From the NCBI GenBank assembly GCA_964187785.1, contig OZ076421.1:11718001-11782000 (forward strand): DNA of 64,000 bases, read 5' to 3'. A program made the position numbers and the translations under genes. Below, piece after piece: positions 1-12,591 of this stretch (the first letter of the stretch is position 1; each line of letters starts with the position of its first letter). This DNA comes from Amphiscolops sp. MND2022 (lineage: Eukaryota). The notes under the pieces were generated by a model. That model had not been told where the DNA came from. It was given only the letters and a program-made list of their open reading frames with translations, and ran no database searches.

Positions 1-480
1 GCCTTTCTTGTAGACACGACTTCAATGGGTAGACTTTAAGCTCACAAAGACGAGTTGTTAAATGGATAACTTTCGATGATGATCATCGCAGGGTCCTTAT
101 CTCAACAAATCTCCCGCCCATATCACTGTGCTTACAATTACTGGACCTCATGATGCTTTCATAAACTATGGTGGTTGTGATATTAACTGCTCTCTTTTCG
201 TCACTGTTACTAATGAGACAAACAGCATATACCATACGTGCCTATGGTCACGAACTCGGTTCATTATCGAGAAACCCCTAACCAGAAAAGAACAGTGCTT
301 TTGGTGCAGGGCACCAGTTACTGCAAATTGGATTGCAACTGCGGTAGACATCTTTAAAGCTGTTCTTAAATACGTGTGGCTTTGTTTCTCAATTCAATAC
401 CAAGAATGTAATGTGACTTCGACTTTTGGAGAATATGACTCCTCACGCTCTCGCAATTACCCTTGTATATATCTCTAAGT
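1..480 (+). mobile_element. 3' end of a decayed CR1/L2-like LINE (C-terminal part of ORF2)
   Basis: Reads RVVKWITFDDDHRRVLISTNLPPISLCLQLLDLMMLS, then ...RTRFIIEKPLTRKEQCFWCR...LKYVW. This parallels the post-RT tails of the LINEs at 7850-8280 and 58996-59480. Confidence 0.65.
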
Positions 481-618
481 CAAGTGCGCGATGTTTCTGA
501 ACTGGCTCCTCTTGCGCTCCACTACGATGGGACATTAAAATTAATATATTCCTACAGAATACTCCCTGTATTAATTGTTACTGAATTCATAATAACAAAA
601 ATTTGGTAACAATTTTCG

Positions 619-3600
619 TTTGTTGTGTTGTTTTTGTTGTTGTTGTTGATGTGGATTTTCAGCATTCGCTGATGGGATGGCCCCCAAATTGTTTCTAACG
701 TCTTCGTCCCATGTTTCTACATTGTCCGCAGTCGCACACCTTTAACCATGTACAAAAGTTGTCTTCGTCGAACTGGTTATTGTAGTGTCTCCACATATCG
801 CAGAGAAGTCTGTCTTTGAGACCCGTTCCGTTGCCAATGTCAAAGCAATTATTAACCTTGTTCACGATCTGACATGTCCTAAAGAAAAATTCGCTTCGGC
901 TTCTCTCAGTTGGGGGATTTTCATTTGATTGTTCATGGGTCTGCGTGCGCTGCAAGTCTTTTTGGTATGTATGTTCAGAATGTTCGCCAGGTTTCTTCAA
1001 GTAAGCGATGAAAAAAAGAAGATCGTTCATCTGCACAATATTGGTAGCGGCAAAATAGTCAGTAGCCTCAAACTGCTAGCATAACAAGTCTGTTTGTTGC
1101 CCATTACCCATTTCACAGCTTTCTTTTGAAGACTCTCTAGAGCGTTCATGGTGGCTTTTGATTGTTTGGCACAAAAAAGTCTATCGGTGACAATCGGTAA
1201 TACCAGCGATTTGTACAGGCTCAGCTTAGTTAGGTTTAACATTGTACGCGATGCTCATCCTGAGAGAGAACGAAACAGTGTAGGCTTTTTTGCAACCTTC
1301 TGCTATCATGTGCTGACCAGTTGAGACCTTTTTTTACAAAGATGCCTAAGTCTTTGACTTCTTCTCTGTCCTCAAAACTGATGTTACCAACTTCATATTG
1401 ATAATATGTACCTCTAAATTCAAGTTTGTAGCATTTGTCCGGAGCCAAGTTCATTCCATTGGGTTCAACCCAGTTCGAAATAGCTTCCAAGTCGGTTTTT
1501 ATTTGCTCTTGTGTCTTCGCAACAGCTAATATTTTTAGATCATCTGCAAATATGTCGGCATCACTAAATTTCAGTGACTCGGGGAGGTCGTTTATGAAAA
1601 TACAGATTAACAAGGGACCCACGAGAGAACTTTGGGGCACTCTACTTGGAATTTTTACCCGGTGAGAAATAGTGTTCCCAACTTTAACGTGCTGGGTTTG
1701 TCGTTCGAAGTAGCACAAAGAATATCGAGAATGCAGCCTCCAACGCCAATTGCACTCACTTTCTAAAGCAGCTCATAATGTCGTACTCGGTCGGTCAAAC
1801 GCTTTCGTAAAGTCGGTGTAGAAAGCGACTACTATATCACTAGAATTTCTTTCCAAGGATTCATGTATGTCTTTCAAGAATATGTATTATTGAATTGATC
1901 TTCCACGGACAAATCCGTGGTAGTTTTTGGAGAGAAAGAAAGAGAAATGAAGATAGAAAGGATCACACAAGCACTTTACGAAGCGACACTGGTCTGTAGT
2001 TCTTTACTAATTGTTTTTCGCCTTTCTTGTAGACAGACACGATTGTAGCATCTTTCCAATATCTAGGAAGTTTTCGTAGCCTTTTAACATTCTTGAATAG
2101 TTTGTTCAGGATAGTACTCATTTTAACAGCTGTAATTTTGAAAAGTACTGGCGGAAATTTGATAGGTCCTCTGGACTTGGTGATGTCTAGGTCTTTTCAA
2201 ATACTTCGAAATTTGTACCTTGAAATGTCAAAGTTTGTCACAATCGATCTTTCGTTCCGAATGTCTTGCTGTGTGTATGGTATTTTCGGAGAGTAACCCG
2301 AATGAAAGAACTCGTTGAAGGAAAGGGCTGTTTCGTTTTCTGAACGACTGACCTCATCGCCTTTGAACATCACTTTAGGAATGCAATTCGCTTTGTTTTG
2401 TTGAGATAGTTAAGTGCTTGAAAAGTTTTTTGGATTTGCGGGAGCTGAGAAGTTTTTCTTGGTAATCCAAACGATCGATTTCACAAGTCTCTAATACCAT
2501 GTTTTCTAATTTAGAAACTTTATTTCTTTGGTATGCAGTAGGTTTTTCTAGAAGAACTTTCTTCTGAGTTTTCAGCTTGTTTATGAGATTCGATGTAATT
2601 GGAGTTATACAAGGAGGCAATTCTTGTCGATGTCTCGTTCTCAGCGGAACACACAAAACACTCCTGTGATAAATTTTCAGTGTATTGACACAATTCAGAA
2701 TGAATGTTGTCAATATTTGTGTGACAAACTGGCCTGAAAGGACGTGTGCTCATAACATCAATCATATTTTGATAGTCAGCTCTCCCGTAACTTCGATACT
2801 TCTCAAAGATGGGCTTATATTGGCGGTGCGAGCATTCGAGACTCGTTTTCGATGCAAGATGATTAGTGTTGTTGTACACCTTCGTGAAATCGTCATCCTT
2901 TTCAGCCGAGATATTACATTTCTTCTGAAAGACCAAGTTTATGGTGTTGTTTGCGCAAGTGAGAAAGTCAACCACTTGCCGAAGCTTGTGGTGATCAAAC
3001 AAATCAACGACTCTCTGTTCGTAGTCATCAGAGCTGCTTAACGTGTTCCAGTCAACTGTAGACAGGGGCATGTCCCCACAAACAATTACTGGAGTTGTTT
3101 TTGGTGAAAAGTCGTCTTTTTGTTTAAAGTCTGCAATTTCATATTGGTATTTGCTGTCATCCGGTGGGTTGTACAGAGTACAGAAAACACAGTTGTCAAG
3201 AGTTATTGAGCAGGCTACACAGCACTCAGGTAATACGATGTCTATTTGTTTGGAAATCAGAATGCTTTTCACGGCAATTAAAGAACCTCCATGAGTAGAG
3301 TAGTCTTTAGTAGACGGTCTGTCTTCTCGGTAAAGTTTATACACATTCAGTTGTAGTTCAGAGTCTGACACACTCTCATCCAGCCACGTCTCACACAAAC
3401 AAATGACATTATACTCGCTCAAAACAATTGCATTTAAGAATATTTCTCTTTTTTATGCATTCCAAAAGCTTTGAGTATTCAGTAACAGCTTGTTCATGTA
3501 GAACAGTCAGTCAATTTTTTTCAGTTTCATCAATCAGTAGGACTTTCTTTCCGTCGTTAAATAGTTCGAAGTTCCGTATTTTCAGTTTGTCAAGTGGTAT

Positions 3601-4403
3601 ACCGTTGTTGATCAGTTCTCTCCGCTTCTTCAAACAAAAATTCTCATCTTCTCTTGACAACATAGGCACCAGAAAAGTGTTCTCATCTTTGAGTTCAGTA
3701 CGTTTCTCATAGCTTTTTGCTAGCACCAAGCGTGCTTCGTGTTCCGTGTTGAATGTTTGAAGGTAACAGGGACAGTCCTGAATTTCTTTCTATTTTTGTC
3801 AAACTTTCCAAGACTTCTCAATTCTTCGACTTTTGTGTCAAAGCCAAATTTTTGAAAATGTTTCGTTAACCTTATCGGTGGTTGGGGCAAGATTTTCATA
3901 TTTCTTTTTATCGAGATCCTCGGGGATCCTATGTATTCCCTGGTTGATGAGATGTTGTGGTTCAGGATTTGTTTTTGATGTGCTTCCGGCAAGGGTCTCC
4001 TCGTAGAAACTATTTCAACATTTTTTGCCGCTATTTTGCTATAGCTGTTTTGGATTACTTTACAGGAGACTTTCAAGACTTCTTCTACTTTTTTGACAAT
4101 CAGGAAAGTTAGTTTCACCTCAAGCGATTCCAGTTTCTTTTCAATTTTGAGGGCTTCGACTTGTTCGTTCACGTTGTGTTTTGTCCAACTTTTTTGATGT
4201 TATTTCGTTCAATATTCTCAAACCAGTGAAATATTGCACAAAAACAAGCAACTGAGCCCGAGTTCCTTCATTCCTTTTAAGGCTACATTCGAGAGGCCAG
4301 TACACGAATGTTCAAGATGCATGAAACAGTTGTATCCAATGTTTTGATAGGTTTTCTCGTTTTCATTGATCTTGCGTTCGCAAGTTTTTCAGTTCTTGTT
4401 CAT
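619..4403 (-). mobile_element. Near full-length decayed CR1/L2-like LINE (PHD-type ORF1, AP endonuclease, RT, (CAA)n tail)
   Basis: ORF1 remnants include a degenerate Cys/His finger (CERK...CFMHLEHSCTGL...FLCN), LGKF and LKIRNFELF. Endonuclease: ICLCETWL, HGGSLIAV, IVCGDM. RT: VPQSSLVGPLL, FINDLP, FADD. C-terminal CTW..CDCGQCR. TTG repeats at ~619-648 form the tail. Many stops and frameshifts. Confidence 0.9.
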
Positions 4404-4597
4404 TTTTGTAATCCCTTTAGTTTAGGCATACCGAACTGAATCAAGTACCCAAAAACAGTAAAAAATCAATAGATTGAAAAATTGGACTCACTGGTTATCT
4501 GGTTTAATCTGCCTGGTTCTCCGTTTTTAGATGGAGAACCTAAGCCTAATTGTTGTGATAAACTTATTAAATAGTTTCCGGTTATACGAAAACTTGA

Positions 4598-5449
4598 TGA
4601 TGGTTCTCACAAGAAGTGCACTGGTCTCCTCTTCCAACAGTGATGGGACAACTCAACTGGGTGGAACATGTGCTGTGGATCATGGACTCTGTTCTGTATG
4701 TCATGGATCGCAACAAACGAGGGACTGGATTCAATGTGAAAAATGTTCTCACTGGCTTCACTCTCAGTGTCTGAAAATACCAAAGGAAGTATTCGTTTAC
4801 TTATCCTCGTCTGAAAATTTCTCCTATTTTTGTGATTCGTGTGTTAGCAAAAAATCAGCCTTTGATGACTCAACTGAAAATGCTAAACTAGATGAACTTA
4901 AAAAAGATATCAAAACAATCGTCGAAAACGTCATTGAAGAAAAGTTGCCGAACAAAATTCCTATATCTACGAAAGAACCTAAAACACGAGATCGGCATGT
5001 ACCTGAAACGACCATAACTGAGGACAATAATTATCATTACAAAATCAGAATATCCGGAATTGAGGAAATGTATTCCAAGTTTTTCATAGATAGACAACTG
5101 CATGATAAGTCCGAAGTCGAAAAGGTTCTTGATGATTTAAATTGCTCCGGAAATGTTATTGAATCTCAACGACTTGGGAAATTTGATACAAATAGAACTC
5201 GGAACCTACTTGTAACATTTGGATCTGTATGGGATGCTCGCAAAGTCATCGCAAAGGCCATCGAGAAAAAATATTTCCTAAACAAAAGGGTTTTGATCAC
5301 CCCTGAACTGTCCCCAAAGGACCTTTTACTGGAAAGACAACTGTTAGCCAAACGTTACGAATTGATCAGGAGTGGCATAGATCGTGGCCGTTTGAAAATA
5401 AAAAAAATTGAGACTCTACAAAGACAACGAACTGGTAGAGGTGAACTGA
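4598..5449 (+). CDS. LINE ORF1 with PHD finger; +1 frameshift in the A-run at ~5399-5407
   Basis: CSVC...WIQCEKCSHWLHSQC...YFCDSC is a PHD finger. Removing one A gives LKIKKLRLYKDNELVEVN-stop (TGA 5447-5449), matching the C-terminus of the neighbouring LINE ORF1. Confidence 0.85.
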
Positions 5450-5459
5450 CTAGAAAATT

Positions 5460-8285
5460 ACGAAAATGTCCACCGCATCTTTCTTTTAAACTGCCGCAGT
5501 ATCTTATCCCTAGAAAAAAGACTTCACTTATCGTGTATTCTCCAATCAAGATTACCTGATATTCTCTGCCTTACTGAAACCTGGTGGGATGAATCTTCTT
5601 CAGACAATGCTTTTCTCACAGCTGCCTACTCAGTCATAGCAAAAGCCGTGCGTGAAACAAATCAGCATGGAGGTGTGGCTATTATGGCAAAAAAAGAACT
5701 GGTTGCATCAAAAATAGAATGCTTGGACAATACATTTTGTTGTGTTATATCAATTGATACCTATGGAATTATTGTTTTATACAATCCTCCAAACCCTAGT
5801 GAGTATCGTGTTCCTGATGATGTAATCTCAAATTGCTTAATTGCTTATCCTCGGCCTATAATTTTCTCAGTAACGCTTCCATTGATAAAGTATTAATTAT
5901 GGGCGATTTCAACTTACCAAACGAGGATTGGGCACAGTTCCCAGCGATCAGTACAGAATATTTCTGTGAAACCGAAAAATTCCTTACTGCTAAAAATTTC
6001 ACCCAGCTTGTAAAGGAACCAACCCACAAAGATGGTAATGTCCTTGACCTGGTATTTACAAACTATGACGAGCCTGAAGTTCTTGATATTGAAAAACATC
6101 CAATTTTTTCTGATCATTTCAGCATATCTGTGGGTATCCCTAAAAACTCTGAAACAATGTACACACAAACTGACCTCAAACAATACAGTCTCGCAGCAAC
6201 CGACTTAAATTCGATTGACCTAACACTAGCTCAGTCACTATTCTCGTTCGAACTAGACCAAAATTCTGTCGACTTCATTGCGGACTGGCTGATTTCATTT
6301 CAAAACATTCTCAAACAGTTCTTAGTTAGCAAACGGCAAAAGCGAAAAATGTTGCCGGATTACTTGAGCTCTCACAGTATTCATCTCTTCAACTGCCTCC
6401 AAACAGAATTAAAGCAACTAAATGGCCTCAACTTGAAAAATTATATGAAATACAATACTATCTGTAAAGAACTTGAAAATTCTATTGAGTTGGACACAAA
6501 TGTATTCCTCGACAAGTTTTGTGCCGTAAATAGTGATGTAAATGATTGTTACAAACTGATTAGAAAACTCAAAAGTTCCGACATTCCGAAGACAATGATT
6601 GATCCCAAAAAGAAAAAAATTACTGGAAGTTCCAAAATTGGAAACGCCTTCAATCAGTATTTTGGATCAGTATTCAATGCTTCTGACGATACATTCACCG
6701 ATTTTACTGATATTGTACTGAATGATGTAGAACTATCTACCGAAATCGCAAAAGAGGCTATAGATTTATCAACTGATGGCATTGGCCCTGATGGTATTCA
6801 TGGTCAAATTTTACGAAAGTGTTCAAACAGTCTCTCAATACATTTCTACAACCTATCAAAGGTTATCGTAGAAACTGGAGTGTATCCTACATCCTGGAAA
6901 AAAACCATTATCACACCCATATTCAAAGAGGGATTGAAAAATGAGATAGCCAACTACCGTCCAATTGCTTCTTTGAGCAAACTTTCACTCGCATTTGAAA
7001 GAATTCTTTTCAGGAGCATTTCCAAGCATCTACAGGACAAACTATCCTCCCATCAATTTGGTTTTCGAAAATCCCGATCATGTATCATCCATTTACTGTC
7101 GTTCTTTGATAAAATCTTTGAGTGGATCGATTCCAAAGAAAAAGCCTTTGCAATCTATTTGGATTATTCTAAAGCATTTGATCGAGTCCCTCATTCTATA
7201 CTACTGAAAAAACTACGATCTCTGGGTCTGGGTGGATCTCTACTCAAACTAATAGCTTCATATTTGCAAAACCGAGTGCAACAAGTTAAAATTGAAAACT
7301 GTCAATCAGAAGAGTGTCCTATTGCAAGTGGTGTGCCCCAAGGCTCAGTGGTCGCCCCGCTTTTCTTCATTGCGTATATAAATGACCTGCCCGAGAATTG
7401 TGAGTGTGTTCCATTTCTATTCGCTGACGACCTTAAACTGGCAAGTTCATCTCTGTTCGAGCTTCAGAACGATTTGTTATCACTAATGAAGTGGAGTGAA
7501 GAAAACAAACTCGACTTTAACTTGCAGAAGACGAAATTATTACACTTCAGTAAATCAAAGATGCAATGTGATAACCCTGTCCTACACATGGGAGAAAATG
7601 ATATCTATCCTACAACAAAGAGTATTCGTGATCTTGGTGTCTGGGTCTCTCCAAATTTGACATGGACCAATCACATAAATATTAAAATAGCAAATTGTTA
7701 TAAACGCCTAGCCATGTTACGTCGGAACCTTCCTAAAATGCTTAACCCTGACATGAAATTTAAATTGTACCGCATCTACATTTTACCCGCACTTGCTTAT
7801 GCTTCAAGTGTTTGGCATCCGAACAGAGGAGACTTTAAAAAATACAAAGGCTGCAGCGGATCTGTTTCAAGTGGATTGACTATAGGAGCTCATTTCATCA
7901 ACTTCTTGACAAATATCACCATTTACCGATCTCTTTACATCTTCAAATGCAGGATCTGCTACTGTTCAACAAGCTCACAATGGGCCTTTATGACTTCACC
8001 ATATGGGATTATGTGTGTTCAAATCAACACAACAATAATTATGAGCTCAGAAGTAACACCAAAAATATTTTCATGTCTGACTACACACGTTTAAAGTGTA
8101 CACGGGAATTTTTCTTCAATCGAATCATCAAACTTAGCAATTTTGTACAACAAGAATACAACATTAAACTGCCAAACCACCCTGCCGCATTTGAATCCGA
8201 TCTAAAGAGAATTTACTGGAATCACTACAAAACTAAATATGAAGATAGTGGCTGTAAAATGTTCCTGAAGTGTAGCTGTTGTTAA
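5460..8285 (+). pseudogene. LINE ORF2 (AP endonuclease + reverse transcriptase) with two frameshifts
   Basis: LLNCRSI, ILCLTETW, HGGVAI, MGDFN, SDHF, YRPIASL, QFGFR, LDYSKAFDRV, GVPQGS, YINDLP, FADD; ends CSCC. Frameshifts at an 8-bp duplication (aattgctt x2, ~5830-5845) and an A-run (~7837-7843). No in-frame stops once these are corrected. Confidence 0.92.
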
Positions 8286-8329
8286 AAAAATCTGTACATG
8301 TTATCATCAAGTTGTTCTTTTGTGTTGAC

Positions 8330-9200
8330 NNNNNNNNNNNNNNNNNNNNNNNNNNNNNNNNNNNNNNNNNNNNNNNNNNNNNNNNNNNNNNNNNNNNNNN
8401 NNNNNNNNNNNNNNNNNNNNNNNNNNNNNNNNNNNNNNNNNNNNNNNNNNNNNNNNNNNNNNNNNNNNNNNNNNNNNNNNNNNNNNNNNNNNNNNNNNNN
8501 NNNNNNNNNNNNNNNNNNNNNNNNNNNNNNNNNNNNNNNNNNNNNNNNNNNNNNNNNNNNNNNNNNNNNNNNNNNNNNNNNNNNNNNNNNNNNNNNNNNN
8601 NNNNNNNNNNNNNNNNNNNNNNNNNNNNNNNNNNNNNNNNNNNNNNNNNNNNNNNNNNNNNNNNNNNNNNNNNNNNNNNNNNNNNNNNNNNNNNNNNNNN
8701 NNNNNNNNNNNNNNNNNNNNNNNNNNNNNNNNNNNNNNNNNNNNNNNNNNNNNNNNNNNNNNNNNNNNNNNNNNNNNNNNNNNNNNNNNNNNNNNNNNNN
8801 NNNNNNNNNNNNNNNNNNNNNNNNNNNNNNNNNNNNNNNNNNNNNNNNNNNNNNNNNNNNNNNNNNNNNNNNNNNNNNNNNNNNNNNNNNNNNNNNNNNN
8901 NNNNNNNNNNNNNNNNNNNNNNNNNNNNNNNNNNNNNNNNNNNNNNNNNNNNNNNNNNNNNNNNNNNNNNNNNNNNNNNNNNNNNNNNNNNNNNNNNNNN
9001 NNNNNNNNNNNNNNNNNNNNNNNNNNNNNNNNNNNNNNNNNNNNNNNNNNNNNNNNNNNNNNNNNNNNNNNNNNNNNNNNNNNNNNNNNNNNNNNNNNNN
9101 NNNNNNNNNNNNNNNNNNNNNNNNNNNNNNNNNNNNNNNNNNNNNNNNNNNNNNNNNNNNNNNNNNNNNNNNNNNNNNNNNNNNNNNNNNNNNNNNNNNN
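8330..9200. other. Assembly gap (N run)
   Basis: Continuous N bases. Confidence 1.
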
Positions 9201-9218
9201 GAAAAGAGAGGAGTGAGA

Positions 9219-9430
9219 CCCCTTTTTCAGACCATGGCCAAAACACTTTTATTACCTAAATCCGACTACCTTTTTCAGACCACATCTGCTAGGACCCTTT
9301 TCCAGACCATATCTTCCTTGATTCAGACTAACATTTAGAGTGTGGAAAAGGTATTTCCCCTTTTTCAGACCAGCTGTTTTACTCTCAGGCTGACCATAAG
9401 AGTGAGAAAAAGGTGCTTCCCTTTTTCAGA
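9219..9430 (+). repeat. Cluster of CCTTTTTCAGACCA-like motifs (possible subterminal repeats of a DNA element)
   Basis: About five variants of (c)tttttcagac(ca) within ~210 bp next to the gap. The 16-mer cctttttcagaccatg recurs at ~22584-22599. Confidence 0.55.
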
Positions 9431-10367
9431 ACAAATATGAGTTGAATTCTTTTGTTGAATTATGAAATAAAAATGGTAATTATACGCTAGTAATTGTTCT
9501 AAGTGTTGGCAATGCTTGTTTGTTACACTACGCTGTCTGTATGGAAGGAAAAAAATGGCATTTAACATTTTCAATTTTGAGCTTCAATCTACTACTGTAA
9601 TTATATCAAATTATATCAATGCTAAATTATATCAAATAGGAAAATTCAAATTCACTGTTTCTGAAACAAGGACGTTCCGAAATTCAAGGCAATTTTTTGA
9701 AATATCATCAACAATTTACAATATTTGGGCATCAATCAATCATTCAACAGTGAGTGGCAATTAATTTCATAAAAACGGTAGGGTAGCAAACTTTTCAAAC
9801 CAGCAGAGAAAATCTTCGAAGCTGAAGTTGAAAAATATAGCAAAGCAAAGTCACGATAGAATCAATTTCTTAAAGGGACTGTTGCATCAGGGAGCAATAT
9901 TCTATGGATAAAATGATTTACTTATTCGTGTAAAAATTTAGAAGCAAATTTCGATATCGAATTAGGAAAATAACTAGTGACAAAGTGATTGAAACTCCAA
10001 AAGTTTCTTCAGTGGAAATAATATCATCTACAAAATTTGGGATCTTCTTCCTCCCGCCCCTGGTAGAAATTTTCTGCTATTGTCATCAGGAACCATAATT
10101 ATTTCAATAAATTTCAATTGATGTCATAATTTTTGACCGACTGTTGGAAAAACAAATTTAAAGGTGGGGTGAAGAAGATCCAACTTTTGCAACCCTAATT
10201 GGAAGCACTGATTTAGTACTACTCAATTTTGTCCCCAAAAGGAAAATCCATTGGCCAGACGAATGCAAAATAATCAAATAAAACTAGACATTCAAGAGAT
10301 TCAGCAGCAAAACAAAATACAAGAAACATAGCAATGACTTATGTTATACAAGAAACATAGCAATGAG

Positions 10368-11737
10368 TTATAACTTCCGAGTGAACTTCCGCTTCCTCTT
10401 CCCTCGGAATCCAGACTTATATCCCTTCCTTTTCAGTCCACCTTCTTGTTGCCCGGTGGGAACAAGCCAATCCCTCTCCTGTGTCCTGCAAGTGGCAGGT
10501 GTGTCGATCATGATATATGATGACAGAAGGTTGGAACCACAATCAGCCACAGAAATGACCGCATGAACTACCCGCGCCGGGAGGTAAACGGTGTCGCCCA
10601 CGTTCTGGTGAATTATCCAATATTCTTCAATATTGTTCTTCACTTTGGCGATGAATTCGTGAAGGGTCCAATTTCGCCTGATTCTGAACCTTGCTTCCTT
10701 CTGGTTGCCTTTGAAAATGAACCAGTATTTTTCTCCTCGTAATAGCGTCGCTATTACAGGGTAACCTGGCGCAGGATCTTCATCAATGTGAAAGGATCGG
10801 AAACCTGAAACAAATACTTCTCAGAAGAACTGCATATAAAAATTGGCTATCTAGAGCTCGTTTTTCAAAATACCATAAGCTCTGAGCCCTTTTAATCGGA
10901 ATTAAATTTCTACTGATCGTTAATGATATTGCTATTTTCAATACTTTGCATTATAGTTTTATTTTCAATAAATTCAAAACTTAGGGGGTGGGATACTAAA
11001 TAAGAACAAATTATTGCATAAGACAATTAACATGTATCTTGCTGATTGTTAATGTTGCTAATTATAATCCCCTAAACCTCCGCTAAAAATTATGACAAAA
11101 TTCAATTGTCAAAATTTTTAAAAATAAAAACTTAGGGGCGGACAGACCTTCGAAACAGCCAGAGACTTTTTTTATAAAAACGTCAGTAGCGGCTTTTGGA
11201 GCAATAATTAATAATAACAACAATGTAATAACCTTTCTCAGAAATGCAAAGTAGGTTCAAATCAACAACTTCATCCGGTTGTAGCGGGGGTAAAATATTG
11301 AAGAAGGCAGGATCAGCGGATAGATTGCCTTCACTATCCAAGGGGTACACGGCTTCTGTTATTATGCTACCTTGGAACACTGGATCATTTCGGGTGACCG
11401 CCTCACTCTGTAACTCTGGACCAAGGCTCTCAATTGTTGAAGCGTCTTCTCCTTTCCTCTGTAACCTGGCGTCTTTGTAGCCAACAAGTGGTTCTCTCAC
11501 TACAGCAGGTTGAGTTTCAGTGTGGGGATCTAGATCTTCTGTTGTAAAAACCTGTCCAAAACAAACGGCAGGATTGTAATTTAGCCACTGAATAAATTCA
11601 GCCACTAATTCATTAGGGGTTTTCCGGCTAGCACCACTTCTAGTCGAGTCTCTGGTGATTTTTGGAGAAAATTCACTGTCCGAAGGTGAAGAAGAATCAC
11701 CATTTGCGCTGAATGTTTTAGCACTGGTGGCGTTCAT
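10368..11737 (-). CDS. Two-exon JmjC-domain protein (Fe(II)/2-oxoglutarate dioxygenase, putative lysine demethylase), 313 aa
   Basis: Exons 11737-11233 and 10804-10368 joined by a phase-1 GT-AG intron (11232-10805). The join reads LNLLCISEK-G-FRSFHIDED...LLRGEKYWFIF...IHQNVGDTVYLPARVVHAVIS, giving the HxD, GxKxW and distal His JmjC motifs. The start codon is inferred. Confidence 0.82.
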
Positions 11738-11868
11738 TGAGAGTCTGAAAAAAGTCAATGTTGATAAAGACGCGTATTTGCTTTTTATTCAATGCCTAAA
11801 AATAAATATTATATTTGTAATAATAAACAAAATTATTTTAAAATAACGCAAAATGTATTACATATACA

Positions 11869-12136
11869 CAGTGAGTTCCGGATATAATTGATCCGGATAT
11901 AATAGAAGTCTGGGTATTAAAAAGTAATTCCCTGTTCCCGATAATCATAGTACTGAATAGTTCAGCTAGCTTATAATAGGGATCCGGAATCCACTTTACT
12001 TATTCCAGTCTGTTGCAACTGGATTCTGGCAGTCAAACAAATCAAAACCAGCCAAAAATGGAAAAAGTTGATGCGTCTGTAAGGCTCTTGACCTTTGCTC
12101 TGGTCCCATGGCATTCACTATTGCCGGAACTCACTA
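11869..12136. mobile_element. MITE with short TIRs (Tc1/mariner-pogo-like)
   Basis: agtgagttccgg at 11870-11881 and its reverse complement ccggaactcact at 12124-12135; non-coding interior. Confidence 0.65.
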
Positions 12137-12591
12137 TAATAATAAACATGAAAAAGACATAATTTTGAGTGATAAAATCTTGTGCGTTTACTCAGTTATA
12201 CGAGAAGCGCGGAAGATTGTAAAACGTGTGAATTTTTTTAAAACACATATTATTTCTTGAATGCATATAACGTGTCATGACATATTTTGTTGATCGATTA
12301 TGGCCGTGACTTGGTTACTTTCACGCCGTCATACGAAAAGCACGCTAGTTCTACGAATATAAAACACTTGACCCCCTTGCGCAGCTAAGTAATACAGAAT
12401 CAAAACTTTTCTTCTCGGTAACTTTATTCAGAGAACATATACGTAATGATTGGAGAATAAATACAGCCAAAAAGTAATACAAAATCAACAAAACAAATTA
12501 CAACGGAGTTGCAAACAGGGAATTCAATTCTGCCTATACGTTCAGAAACTACTTTAATCGAATATTAAATATATAAAAAAAGTCAATATTC

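Noticed and set aside
4531-5559. 342-aa ORF1 as called
   Set aside because: The C-terminal ~50 aa come from a homopolymer frameshift running into the ORF2 region.
8233-9338. Long ORFs of X residues (also 24356-24813)
   Set aside because: Artefacts of translating N gaps.
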